Assembly: GCA_963634425.1 (NCBI GenBank)
Contig: CAVHCL010000128.1
Coordinates: 8,751-69,866, forward strand
DNA length: 61,116 nt
Origin: Bacteroidaceae bacterium
Lineage (GTDB): Bacteria > Bacteroidota > Bacteroidia > Bacteroidales > Bacteroidaceae
Reading direction: 5' to 3'
Under the pieces are notes generated by a model. It was not told the DNA's origin. It worked only from the letters and a program-made list of their open reading frames with translations, and did not search any database. Shown here in pieces: positions 9,061-18,618 of the stretch. Made by a program: the position numbers and the translations under genes. Each line of letters begins with the position of its first letter. Position 1 is the stretch's first letter.

Positions 9061-11322
9061 TTATTGTTCTATTGTTTTAACAAATGTCCCAGCTTCCCGG
9101 AGCGACTTCTGTTTTCCCACATCCATAAGGCGCAACCCCGGTTGAATGTACCCGTATATGTTTTCTTTGTCGCATATACGGAGATAGAAGTCTATGATGG
9201 AGAACTTGTCGGGGAAATCGTCGAAATAGCTGAACAGTCTGGGGTGCATATAATGGATGCCGGCAAATGCCAGACGGCGGTACTTCGCAACGTCCAACAG
9301 AGGATAGGGGCTCTTCACCTCGCCGGTACTGACGTTGGTCCAACCCACAAGACGCATATCGTCGTCAAACAGAAGATAACGGTTGGTTTCTCTTTCCGAC
9401 ACGAGCAAAACTGCCGCCTTGCCTGTGGAGTATGCGGAAAAGGTTCTGAGGTCTGCGTTGCTCAGTATGTCAACGTTGTGGATGAGGAACCCGTCCTGTG
9501 CGTCACGCAACAGCGGAGCAGCGTGTTTCACGCCTCCTCCGGTCTCCAGAAGTGCGGCACTCTCGTCGGAGAACCATACATTCATGTCATTTACGTGCTC
9601 TGCGCACCACTCCTCTATCACGTCCGCAAAGTGATGCACATTCACCACAATGTCTCTGAAGCCGGATGCCTTCAGCTTCTCCAGAAGATGTTGCAGCAGA
9701 GGTTTGCCGTCCACCGGGACAAGAGCCTTTGGCATATTGTCCGTAAGGGGACGGAGTCTGGTGCCGAGCCCCGCGGCGAATATCATGCAGCGTGCCGCGG
9801 CAAAGGTCTGCGTTATGCCTTGTTCGCGGTGGCACACATGGACTTCTATCCCGAACTTGCCATGTATGTGTTCCGCCAGATGCTGTGCGCTGTAAACGCT
9901 GCGGTGCTGTCCGCCGGTACACCCGAATGAGAACATGAGGTTGGTGAAACCACGCTGGATGTACCTTTGTATATGGGCATCGGCAAGGTTGTACACGTTT
10001 TCGAGAAAAGTCAGTATCTCACCGTCGTCCTCCAGGAAACGTATCACAGGCTCGTCCAGGCCTGTCAGGTTCTTGTACGGTTCGTAGCGTCCTGGGTTGT
10101 GGGTGCTTCTGCAGTCAAAGACATATCCGCCGCCGTTGCCGCTCTTGTCCTCCGGTATACCTTTTTTATAAGAGAAACTGTAAACGCATACCACAAGCGG
10201 CCCCTTGCCGTCGTAACGGCTGAACGTGGCAGGGCCGTCGGAAGGATGTGCCGGATATGGGTTGTACTCGGTGGTCTTCAGTCCGTCCGCCCTCTTCACA
10301 GGCTTTTCCGGTTTGGGTTGAAACTGCGGGAGCTCCACCATGGCGGAGAGTATGTCGCGCAGATAGGGGTACGGGCATCCATCGTCGTTGAGAAGGGCTT
10401 TCAGGTTGGCTATAGCCGGTGGGATGCTCTCCAGAAAATGTTTCTTGCGCTCAAAATAACCTCTGAAACCGTAAGCGCCCAACACTTGCAGCAAACGGAA
10501 GATGACACACAGACCGAGTCCGTGGCGGAAATCTTTCTCGTTCACCTCCATATACAGTTTGAGGTTCTCCTTGTATGTGTTTATCAGTTCCGTGCGGAGC
10601 GACGGCGAATATTTTGCCGAAGCCTGCCACAGAAAACTTGCCACATCGTACTGCACAGGTCCACGGCGGCCTCCCTGGAAGTCTATGAAATAAGGGTTGC
10701 CGTCTGCGTCAAGCATCACGTTGCGTGCCTGGAAGTCGCGGTACATGAACGTCTCCCCAGGAATGTTCACAATGTCCTGAGCCATCAGTTTGAATGTGGC
10801 TTCCAACTTCAGCTCGTGGAAGTCCATTCCGGTAGCTTTCAGGAAGCAATACTTGAAGTAGTTGAGGTCAAAGAGCACGGTTGTCTCGTCAAGACACTCT
10901 TGCGGATAACAGTTGGAGAAGTCAAGTCCTCTTGCGCCCTTCACCTGTATCTTGGGCAGCATGGATATGGTGCGGTGCAGCAGGTCTTTCTCTTTCTGGG
11001 TGTATCTTCCGCCTGCATCTCTGCCACCTTTCAGTGCGTCGAAGAGTGAGACATTCCCCAAGTCGGTCTGCAAATATCTGAGTCCGTCGGCCGACTGCGC
11101 CACTACGGCAGGCACTGGCAGCCGACGTGAGAGGAAGTGTTCCGAAAGGTAGCAGAAAGCGTGGTTCTCGTCCTTGCTTGTCCCTATCGCCCCCACCAGT
11201 GTGGTGCCGTCCGAACCCTGCAGGCGAAAGTATTTCCTGTTGCTGCCCGCTCCGGGAAGAGGCTCGCACGAGACTATGTCAAGACCAGTGGTTTCTCTAT
11301 ACAGTTGTTTCAATTCTTCCAT
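9061..11322 (-). CDS. Three-domain fusion: APH-fold sugar kinase-like (AmgK-like), RapZ C-terminal-like domain, and sugar-1-phosphate nucleotidyltransferase (MurU-like)
   Basis: N-terminal YRDFQARNVMLDADGNPYFIDFQGG...YDVASFLWQ is an APH/choline-kinase catalytic loop. The middle segment (about 10210-9822), FDCRSTHNPGRYEPYKNLTGLDEPVIRFL...FGCTGGQHRSVYSAQHLAEHI, matches the RapZ C-terminal signature. C-terminal MIFAAGLGTRLRPLTDNMPKALVPV is the nucleotidyltransferase G-x-G-T-R motif. The start is set at MEELKQ (11322), which overlaps the upstream stop by 13 nt. Confidence 0.7.
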   Translation of the reverse strand: MEELKQLYRETTGLDIVSCEPLPGAGSNRKYFRLQGSDGTTLVGAIGTSKDENHAFCYLSEHFLSRRLPVPAVVAQSADGLRYLQTDLGNVSLFDALKGGRDAGGRYTQKEKDLLHRTISMLPKIQVKGARGLDFSNCYPQECLDETTVLFDLNYFKYCFLKATGMDFHELKLEATFKLMAQDIVNIPGETFMYRDFQARNVMLDADGNPYFIDFQGGRRGPVQYDVASFLWQASAKYSPSLRTELINTYKENLKLYMEVNEKDFRHGLGLCVIFRLLQVLGAYGFRGYFERKKHFLESIPPAIANLKALLNDDGCPYPYLRDILSAMVELPQFQPKPEKPVKRADGLKTTEYNPYPAHPSDGPATFSRYDGKGPLVVCVYSFSYKKGIPEDKSGNGGGYVFDCRSTHNPGRYEPYKNLTGLDEPVIRFLEDDGEILTFLENVYNLADAHIQRYIQRGFTNLMFSFGCTGGQHRSVYSAQHLAEHIHGKFGIEVHVCHREQGITQTFAAARCMIFAAGLGTRLRPLTDNMPKALVPVDGKPLLQHLLEKLKASGFRDIVVNVHHFADVIEEWCAEHVNDMNVWFSDESAALLETGGGVKHAAPLLRDAQDGFLIHNVDILSNADLRTFSAYSTGKAAVLLVSERETNRYLLFDDDMRLVGWTNVSTGEVKSPYPLLDVAKYRRLAFAGIHYMHPRLFSYFDDFPDKFSIIDFYLRICDKENIYGYIQPGLRLMDVGKQKSLREAGTFVKTIEQ

Positions 11323-12509
11323 ATCTTCTTGACGTGTATGTAAATGGCTATGGCGTTTGCCGCTCCCACCGCCAATAGCATGGCTATTCCTGTTCCCAGC
11401 GCACAGTATATGTTTCCGTCCTCCATGTTGGGGAACATATTCCACAACGCCTCCATATACATGCGGCGCACCTGCCACAGGAGCAAGGATGCCATGAGGA
11501 AGACAGAGGCGTTTACTGCCAACGTCAGCATTTGGTACGGCAGGGAGACGGTCAGCGGAGTATAACCTATCAGCATCAGGTTACGCACTTTCTCCTTGTT
11601 TTTATGTAACAACAGGAAGATGCTGAGCATCAGTATGTACAGAGCCAGCACACTGATAAGCAACCCTATCGCCGCTACGACTATGGTTACCACTTTAAGG
11701 AAATATGCGGTCTTGCCCTCAGCAAGTTTGTCATCCTCCAGTTCCAAGTTGTTGTCTTCCACATACCTCGCTATGGAGCCGTCGGCAGGGTTGTTCACCT
11801 CCAGTATCAGGCGGTTGGGACTTTGTCTTACGTCGGACGCCAGTATGCCGTTGCTCCATTCCATAAATGACATCGGCACGAGTATGGTGTTTATGCGTGT
11901 GCTGAATCCTGCCACCTTGCCTGTAAGCCGCAACTCCTTGCCGTTGCCTCTCATACGTATGTTCAGTTTCATGTCGCCTACCAACGACTCGGATATCTGT
12001 GGCAGCGACTGGCTTCTGGCAAATCCGAAATTGTACAGTGCAAGGTACGACTTGGGCAATACTATGGGCACTGTGCCGTCGCCGGGCGTATAGTTCCACT
12101 TGCTCAGATCAATGTCTATGTACATATCGGGCACGCTCTCAAAAAACATATCGGTGCCCATGCTTGCCATGCCTTCCACGCCTACACTACAGTAGACTTT
12201 GTAACCGCTGGCGGCAAATCTCCCTACAGAACAGCAGAACGGCTGTTCCTCAAGGCGTTTTATCTCGTCGTCAGAGAAGCAGGAACTGGCATCGCCAATG
12301 AGGGAGCCTAACGTGGAGACCCGCTTGGAGACTATGACGTACTGTTTGCCCACCACGGAGTCCTCTCCCTGGAAGAAGGGCAATGCGTCCCTGTACATCT
12401 GCACACTCAGCATCACTATGAACATACCTACAAGGTTGGCGAAGAAAAATCCCGCCAACTGCCCTACGCTGATGTGCTTACGCAGAAGTTTCCACACTAA
12501 TGTGTTCAT
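11310..12509 (-). CDS. FtsX-like ABC transporter permease
   Basis: MNTLVWKLLRKHISVGQLAGFFFANLVGMFIVM starts with a TM helix, followed by a large extracytoplasmic loop and three C-terminal TM helices. The ATG at 12509 forms an ATGA overlap with the ATPase stop at 12506. Confidence 0.7.
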   Translation of the reverse strand: MNTLVWKLLRKHISVGQLAGFFFANLVGMFIVMLSVQMYRDALPFFQGEDSVVGKQYVIVSKRVSTLGSLIGDASSCFSDDEIKRLEEQPFCCSVGRFAASGYKVYCSVGVEGMASMGTDMFFESVPDMYIDIDLSKWNYTPGDGTVPIVLPKSYLALYNFGFARSQSLPQISESLVGDMKLNIRMRGNGKELRLTGKVAGFSTRINTILVPMSFMEWSNGILASDVRQSPNRLILEVNNPADGSIARYVEDNNLELEDDKLAEGKTAYFLKVVTIVVAAIGLLISVLALYILMLSIFLLLHKNKEKVRNLMLIGYTPLTVSLPYQMLTLAVNASVFLMASLLLWQVRRMYMEALWNMFPNMEDGNIYCALGTGIAMLLAVGAANAIAIYIHVKKIWKN

Positions 12510-13147
12510 AACTGCAATGTCTTGTTGTACGGCAGCTCCGGATGTCTGCCCACACTGGTTATCACTATGGCAGAGCCTTGTCTTTCCGCTTCCTGCATCA
12601 CAAGGCGGCACACCGCCCTGGAGTTGGCATCGTCAAGGTGGCTTATCGGCTCGTCGGCGAAAAAGAAGTCGAACGGTTGGCATAGCGAACGTATTACCGC
12701 CACGCGCTGCTGCTGTCCTATGCTCATCTGTCCTACCTTCGCCCTCACTTTCTCTTCCATCCCTGTTGCCTCAAACATCTCCATTATCTCCCTGTGCGTC
12801 TTGTAGCGCGTGAGACGGTTCTTCACCTCCACATTCTCGTACGCGTTAAGTTCCGGGAAGAGCCGCAACTCTTGCCACATAAGGCTGATGCAGGAGCGTC
12901 TGACGGCAGTCCATTCCTTTATGCCGAACGTTCTCGCATCGATGTTGTCGAAGAGGATGCTCCCGCGGTAGTCGTGACGGTATCCCACCACAAAACTGCA
13001 CAAGGAACTCTTGCCCTCTCCGCTTGCAGCCTCCACGAGACAGATGTCGCCCCGCACAATCTCCACGTCTTTCCGCCATACCTCGCTGTTCACGTCGCGG
13101 GCGGCGAACACTTCGGGCAGAAGCCCCCGTAGTCTTATGGTATCCAT
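12506..13147 (-). CDS. ABC transporter ATP-binding protein
   Basis: Walker A-like SGEGKSSL, ABC signature MSIGQQQRVAV, Walker B FFFADEP, H-loop SVGRH. Confidence 0.85.
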   Translation of the reverse strand: MDTIRLRGLLPEVFAARDVNSEVWRKDVEIVRGDICLVEAASGEGKSSLCSFVVGYRHDYRGSILFDNIDARTFGIKEWTAVRRSCISLMWQELRLFPELNAYENVEVKNRLTRYKTHREIMEMFEATGMEEKVRAKVGQMSIGQQQRVAVIRSLCQPFDFFFADEPISHLDDANSRAVCRLVMQEAERQGSAIVITSVGRHPELPYNKTLQL

Positions 13148-13175
13148 GTCTCCCTGTCCTGCGTTATGTCATCCT

Positions 13176-14594
13176 TCACTCCGTCACAAGTCCTTTCGCC
13201 ACATCCTTCACCGGTACATCAAAGGACAGCTCCAGCCTTATCTTCTTATCCAAGTCCGTCATGATGTCAAGTCTCCCCATCTTACCAAGGACGGAAAACA
13301 CGCTGAGACCAACGTCGTGCGGTAGCAGGGGAAGTACCGTCACATACATCATTCTCTTCATGTCCATCGAGGCATACAACCTGTACTGCCCTATCTCCTC
13401 CTCTCTGTCCAAAAGCGTCTTGTGCAGTATGCGGTTGCCCACAGAGGCGGCAAGGTCGTCGCTGTTGGTGAGGTACAGGAGTTTGTCCTTCACCCCGAAC
13501 GAAAACGATATGCCCCGATTTTTTACTGTGTATTCCGTAAGCGACTTCTGGCTTATGGGCAGGGCGAAACGGGCGAATGCGGAAGCTATGTCTCCATTCC
13601 TTACAAAGCCGTCGTCCTTCACCTGGGCGTAAAGGAGGAAATTTGCTCTCTGTGTGGCAGTCTTTTCCAAGGCAAGGGACACCTTTCCGTCAAGAGATTC
13701 CGTCATCTCTCCCGTGTCCATCACGCCCTGCAGCATCCATAAATGCGAATTATTCTCTATGGCAGCCACTACCTTCTCCATGTTTAGGTTTGCCACCATC
13801 CAGAACATGGGAGACGGAGGCAGGAAAATGTCGTTCACATTGTTTATTGTGGCGAAGTAGGAGCGCAGCTCCTCCATGAGTTCCTTTGTTTCCTTGTCCT
13901 CTGTGGCCATATCCGTGTCGAGAACGATGCTCTCCCCATGTATCTCAAGTGCCGTGGACAACAGGGTCTTGGACAAGTCCATGTCTGAAGAGAAGTCCCC
14001 TACTGTCTGTTTCATCAGATTTTGCATCACGTCGCCCGACGCTACAAGAGCGAAAGGGGTGTCTTTTCTCAGCAATGCCAACAGCACGGAGGGGTGCGTG
14101 TCCTTGGTCATCAGCCGGTACATCATGTTGCGCAGACGGCTATCGTCGGCTCTGTCGGCGGGGCCTGCCAAAAGCATACGTCCAGAGTCGAAGCAGCAGA
14201 CCCATCCGTCGCACACTGCCCAGCGGAGTCCACGTGCGGATGATATGGCAGCACCTTTGTTCACAAGTGTCCTCTCCAAATCGTCGGCATCCTTTACACG
14301 CGCCACAAGCCCTACGGTGTTGTCGGCGGAGATGAAACCTAAGATGTCCGAGGAGAAGTCAAGACCGCTCTCCGCCAAACTGCTGCCATCAAGTATGTCA
14401 CTGGCACCGTCATCCAGCCCCAACTGCCTCAACACCAGTCTTGGACGAAGCACCGCCACAGCTTTGGAGTCATCGGGAATGACGTCTACACACGAGTGCG
14501 TGTCTTTCTCTCTCGTCCACAGAGCCACTCCCACTACAACGGTCGCCAACAGTAAGCACGACGCTATTAACCATTTCTTGTTCTTCATATCCAT
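13176..14594 (-). CDS. Hypothetical membrane-anchored or lipoprotein-like protein (possibly DUF4836-like)
   Basis: 472-aa ORF with an N-terminal hydrophobic segment KKWLIASCLLLATVVVGVALW. No catalytic motif recognised. The family guess is from memory only. Confidence 0.5.
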   Translation of the reverse strand: MDMKNKKWLIASCLLLATVVVGVALWTREKDTHSCVDVIPDDSKAVAVLRPRLVLRQLGLDDGASDILDGSSLAESGLDFSSDILGFISADNTVGLVARVKDADDLERTLVNKGAAISSARGLRWAVCDGWVCCFDSGRMLLAGPADRADDSRLRNMMYRLMTKDTHPSVLLALLRKDTPFALVASGDVMQNLMKQTVGDFSSDMDLSKTLLSTALEIHGESIVLDTDMATEDKETKELMEELRSYFATINNVNDIFLPPSPMFWMVANLNMEKVVAAIENNSHLWMLQGVMDTGEMTESLDGKVSLALEKTATQRANFLLYAQVKDDGFVRNGDIASAFARFALPISQKSLTEYTVKNRGISFSFGVKDKLLYLTNSDDLAASVGNRILHKTLLDREEEIGQYRLYASMDMKRMMYVTVLPLLPHDVGLSVFSVLGKMGRLDIMTDLDKKIRLELSFDVPVKDVAKGLVTE

Positions 14595-14609
14595 TATACA
14601 TTATGCGGA

Positions 14610-15350
14610 TTATAAACTGTTGCGCATATACAAAGCGTGCGCAACGGCTATCGCCGCCGTCTCGGTGCGCAGACGGCTGTGCCCGAGGGAGACACTTTTG
14701 AAGCCGTACTTTACGGCCTCACGCACCTCTTCCACGGAGAAGTCGCCCTCCGGTCCTATCATCACCACCGTGTCCGCTCCTTTGGTGGCAGCGTTCCATA
14801 TCAAAGGCTTGTCGCCACCCTCCGCACCCGAGGTGATGTCCGACTCGTCATAGCAGTGACAGATGAACTTATCATCCGCCCTCACCTCCTTCACGAAGCG
14901 CATGAAAGGTGTCATACCGTTTATGTCCGGCATCCACGCCTTACGGCTCTGCTTCACGGCGGATACGGCTATCCTTTCCATACGTTCGAGTTTTATCTGT
15001 CTCCGCTCGCTGAACCGGCAGTCGAGGAATGTCAACTCGTCTATTCCTATCTCTGTTATCTTCTCCGTCATCCATTCGTTACGGTCGTTGAGTTTGGCGG
15101 GAGCTACGGCTATATGTACGCGTCCTGCCCTATCTCTTTCCTGCGGCAGAGTCTCCAGTATCCTGTACATACACCTGTGACCTGTAGCAGCGGTGATGCA
15201 GGCACGGAAGAAACATCCCTTCCCGTCCATAAGGAAAAACTCGTCGCCCGTGCCGAGACGCAGTGCCTTCACCGCATGACGGGCCTCTTCCTCGGGCAGT
15301 TCCGTGGAGTGTTCCGCATCCGGAAAAAAGAAAAACCTTTCCTCCTTCAT
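14610..15350 (-). CDS. rsmE: 16S rRNA (uracil1498-N3)-methyltransferase
   Basis: RsmE-type N-terminus (RFFFFPD...EEARHAVKALRLGTGDEF) and C-terminal SPOUT knot IGPEGDFSVEEV...LGHSRLRTETAAI. The start overlaps the upstream stop as ATGA. Confidence 0.85.
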   Translation of the reverse strand: MKEERFFFFPDAEHSTELPEEEARHAVKALRLGTGDEFFLMDGKGCFFRACITAATGHRCMYRILETLPQERDRAGRVHIAVAPAKLNDRNEWMTEKITEIGIDELTFLDCRFSERRQIKLERMERIAVSAVKQSRKAWMPDINGMTPFMRFVKEVRADDKFICHCYDESDITSGAEGGDKPLIWNAATKGADTVVMIGPEGDFSVEEVREAVKYGFKSVSLGHSRLRTETAAIAVAHALYMRNSL

Positions 15351-16621
15351 TTTGTCTCCTTTATATGCTTATATCTGAACAATACGGCGAACAACACCGC
15401 CACCGTCAGCGAGTATGCCGCAAAGATTGTCCAACAGGTATTCCACCCTTGCCATACCTGCATCTTGTCGGCGGCAGTTCCAAGGCTGTACACATAACGG
15501 TTCACCACCTTCTGCGCCGTGAGAATGCCTACCGTAGAGCCGAAGCCCACGTTCATCATCATGAAGAGTCCCTGCGCACTGCTGCGCATGGCGGTGTCGG
15601 TCTCTCTGTTCACAAAGAGCGAACCGCTGATGTTGAAGAAGTCAAACGCCACGCCGTACACCGCCATGCTCAGCACAAAGAGCCATACGCCCGCACCGGG
15701 GTCTCCCAAGGCGAAGAGGCCGAACCTCAACACCCATGCGAGAATGGCCATAAGCATTACGTTCTTTATGCCGAAACGGCTCAGGAACCAAGGGATGAAC
15801 AGCATACAAAGCATCTCGCTCATCTGGCTCAGCGAGATAAGTATGTTGGCATGTTGTACGCCAAAGGTCACGGCATACTCCGGAATGTCCTTGAAACTGG
15901 TGATGAAAGGGTTGGCAAAACCGTTGGTTATCTGCAGACACACGCCCAACAGCATACTGAACACAAAGAAAATAGCCATTCTGGGGTTCTTGAACAGGGC
16001 AAAGGCTTTCAGTCCCATGGCTTCCGCCAGACTTCTGTCCTTGCCCCTGCATCCTGCCGGGCACTTGGGCATGAACAGGGAATACAGAGCCATCGCTATG
16101 CCCAGTATGCCGCTCCAGCCGAACTGTAACGCACTGTACTGCAGACCGCACAAGTCTACAACCCACATACTGACTATAAAACCTACCGTACCGAAAATGC
16201 GGATGGAGGGAAACACTTTCACCGTGTCAAATCCAGCCTTTTCCAAAGCATTAAAAGCTACAGAGTTCGACAATGCTATCGTCGGCATGAAAAACGCCAC
16301 GCTACAGGCGTACAAGGTGAATAGCGTGGCAAACTGTACGTTGTCCCCTGCCGTCGTGCCGTATGCCGCCACGGTTGTCATGAACACTCCAGCCGACAGA
16401 TGGCAAAGGCTGAGCAACCGCTGGGCTTGCACCCACCGGTCGGCTATTATTCCGAACATGGCTGGCAAGGCAAGTGAGACGAAACCCTGTACGCTGCAAA
16501 ACCATCCTATGCGGGATGCCATTCCTACGGACGCAAGGTAGGTGGCCATGCTGGTCAGATAAGCTCCCCACACGGCGAACTCCAGAAATACGAGTATCGA
16601 CAGTTTTGCTTTTATGTTCAT
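15347..16621 (-). CDS. MFS nucleoside:H+ symporter (NupG/XapB-like)
   Basis: MNIKAKLSILVFLEFAVWGAYLTSMATYLA is a typical Nuc_H_symport N-terminus. About 12 TM helices. An alternative start lies at 16636. Confidence 0.75.
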   Translation of the reverse strand: MNIKAKLSILVFLEFAVWGAYLTSMATYLASVGMASRIGWFCSVQGFVSLALPAMFGIIADRWVQAQRLLSLCHLSAGVFMTTVAAYGTTAGDNVQFATLFTLYACSVAFFMPTIALSNSVAFNALEKAGFDTVKVFPSIRIFGTVGFIVSMWVVDLCGLQYSALQFGWSGILGIAMALYSLFMPKCPAGCRGKDRSLAEAMGLKAFALFKNPRMAIFFVFSMLLGVCLQITNGFANPFITSFKDIPEYAVTFGVQHANILISLSQMSEMLCMLFIPWFLSRFGIKNVMLMAILAWVLRFGLFALGDPGAGVWLFVLSMAVYGVAFDFFNISGSLFVNRETDTAMRSSAQGLFMMMNVGFGSTVGILTAQKVVNRYVYSLGTAADKMQVWQGWNTCWTIFAAYSLTVAVLFAVLFRYKHIKETK

Positions 16622-16654
16622 CACATATAGGCACATATAGGCGTTGGACGTTTC

Positions 16655-17836
16655 CTATTCCACATAGAGAACAAGACCTTTCAAGTACTCTCCCTCTGGG
16701 TGGTATATATTCACTGGATGGTCGGCGGGTTGGTGCAATTGATGCAATATTTTCACATTCCGCCGCGCTTGGGTTGCCGCAGTGAACACCGCCGTGCGGA
16801 ACTGTTCCTTGCTCACTGCCTGCGAACAGCTGAATGTAAAGAGCACTCCGCCTTTGGCTATCTTGGCCAACGCCTTGGCGTTAAGGCGGCTATAGCCTCT
16901 GAGGGCGTTCTTCAGTGCGTCTTTGTGCTTGGCGAACGCCGGCGGGTCAAGTATAATCATGTCGTAGGTCTCTTCCGCCCTGTCCAGATACTTGAACGCG
17001 TCTTCTGCAAACGACTCATGCCGTGTGTCGCCAGGGAAGTTGAGCTCCATATTGGCATCGGTCAGTGATATGGCCTTTGTGCTGCTGTCCACGCTGTGCA
17101 CCTTTTCCGCGCCGCCTCTCATGGCATAGACGCTGAAGCCGCCCGTGTAACAGAACATATTCAGCACCTTCCTACCCTTGGCGTAACGCTCAGCCAGCGC
17201 ACGGTTGTCCCTCTGGTCCACAAAGAAGCCTGTCTTCTGTCCTTTCCTCCAGTCTATGTGGAAGAGAAGTCCGTTCTCCATAGCCGCATAGTCGCCGCAG
17301 TGTCCCCACAGGAAACCGTCCTCCTGTTGCAGATCCGCCTTAAAGGGCAAGGTGGTCTCACTCTTGTAGTAAACGCTCTTCAAGGAGTCGCCCGCCACGG
17401 CTCTCAAGGCTTCGCTAATCATTTCCCTGTCCTTGTGCATCCCCACACTATGGGCCTGCATCACGGCATTGCCGTCGTATATGTCTACGACGAGCCCGGG
17501 GAGATAGTCGCCCTCTCCGTGCACCAGTCGATACATATTGTTGTCGGAGCCTCCCTCCACGCCTATCGCATATCTCATGTCCCATGCCGCACGGAGCCGT
17601 CTCTCCCAAAACGCTCTGTTGATGCTCTCGTCAAGGAAAGTCAGCACCCTCACGGATATGCTGCCTGCCTGCCAGTGTCCCTTGGCCACAAAGCGGCCCT
17701 CGTGGTCAACCACGGTCACTACGTCGCCTTCCTCCACGTCACCTTCTATGTGGTGCACGGCACCGCTGAATATCCAAGGATGAAACCTCTGCAGACTCTC
17801 CTCCTTGCCTCTCTTTAGATGTAGTATCTTGTCCAT
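16655..17836 (-). CDS. rlmI: Class I SAM-dependent 23S rRNA m5C methyltransferase, RlmI-like
   Basis: LKRGKEESLQRFHPWIFSGAV...VVDHEGRFVAKGHW is a PUA-like N-terminus close to E. coli RlmI. SAM motif VLNMFCYTGGFSVYA, then DPPAF. The start is chosen at MDKILHLK, because longer versions run into the upstream gene. Confidence 0.8.
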   Translation of the reverse strand: MDKILHLKRGKEESLQRFHPWIFSGAVHHIEGDVEEGDVVTVVDHEGRFVAKGHWQAGSISVRVLTFLDESINRAFWERRLRAAWDMRYAIGVEGGSDNNMYRLVHGEGDYLPGLVVDIYDGNAVMQAHSVGMHKDREMISEALRAVAGDSLKSVYYKSETTLPFKADLQQEDGFLWGHCGDYAAMENGLLFHIDWRKGQKTGFFVDQRDNRALAERYAKGRKVLNMFCYTGGFSVYAMRGGAEKVHSVDSSTKAISLTDANMELNFPGDTRHESFAEDAFKYLDRAEETYDMIILDPPAFAKHKDALKNALRGYSRLNAKALAKIAKGGVLFTFSCSQAVSKEQFRTAVFTAATQARRNVKILHQLHQPADHPVNIYHPEGEYLKGLVLYVE

Positions 17837-17883
17837 GTGTAGTATTTCCATTGTGTCGGACAGAAGCCTTCCCCCTGCCCAGA

Positions 17884-18492
17884 TCATGATGCCGTCAACT
17901 GGAACTCTCCGGTTCTCAGTTTTTCCATTTCCTTGTAGAGCAGCGTGCACGCCCATGCGTCCGTGGCAGCGTAGAGCGTCTGTTTGTCTGTCAGGGTACT
18001 CGCCTCCCAGTTGGTCAGCTGCTGCGACTTGTTGACCCTCTTTCCCAATATGTTGGCGCAGAGTTTCCTCAGCGACTTGTCTTCCACTCCCAGACTCCCT
18101 GCCAGTGTCTGCAGTTCCACATAGCTTCCCATTTGGAAATCCCTGCGTCGGTGCAACTGCTGTATATCATCGTGCCACGACAGCCCCACACGCAACAGCG
18201 AGGGTACGGAAAGCAGCTTCACTATGCAGTCGGGTATACCCATCTTGTTGAGGCGGAACAGGAAACACGTGTCCTGCGAGCTCGCCTGCAACAGAGCCAC
18301 CTGATGACAGACACCTTTCTTGAACGTGGGTTTTGTCTCCGTGTCCAGCCCCACCATGTCCTGCGTCAGCAGGTAATCCACCGCTTTCTCCGCATCGCTC
18401 CCCGTCTCCACCACAACTATCCTCCCGCCAAATGACAAAGTGTCCAGCGCACATATCGTCTCCACGGGAAACTTACTCAGTATCGTCCTCAT
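17884..18492 (-). CDS. 3'-5' exonuclease domain protein (RNase D / DnaQ-like)
   Basis: VGLDTETKP (ExoI), ALLQASS...CFLFRL, and YAATDAWACTLLY (ExoIII Y-x3-D). Confidence 0.8.
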   Translation of the reverse strand: MRTILSKFPVETICALDTLSFGGRIVVVETGSDAEKAVDYLLTQDMVGLDTETKPTFKKGVCHQVALLQASSQDTCFLFRLNKMGIPDCIVKLLSVPSLLRVGLSWHDDIQQLHRRRDFQMGSYVELQTLAGSLGVEDKSLRKLCANILGKRVNKSQQLTNWEASTLTDKQTLYAATDAWACTLLYKEMEKLRTGEFQLTAS

Positions 18493-18618
18493 CGTCTGTC
18501 GTTGATGTCGTGTCTCCTTTTCTTACCGGATGCAAAGTTACGAAAAAAAATCACGCAAAGTCCCTTAGTATGGATTATTTGCGCTAAATTTGCACCGTAT
18601 TCATTTTAAGGAAGAGGT

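Noticed and set aside
18585-18592. TAAATTTG -7-like box upstream of ftsK
   Set aside because: It matches TAnnTTTG but has no TTTG-like -33 element at the right distance. It also lies only 26 nt from the start codon, so it is left uncalled.
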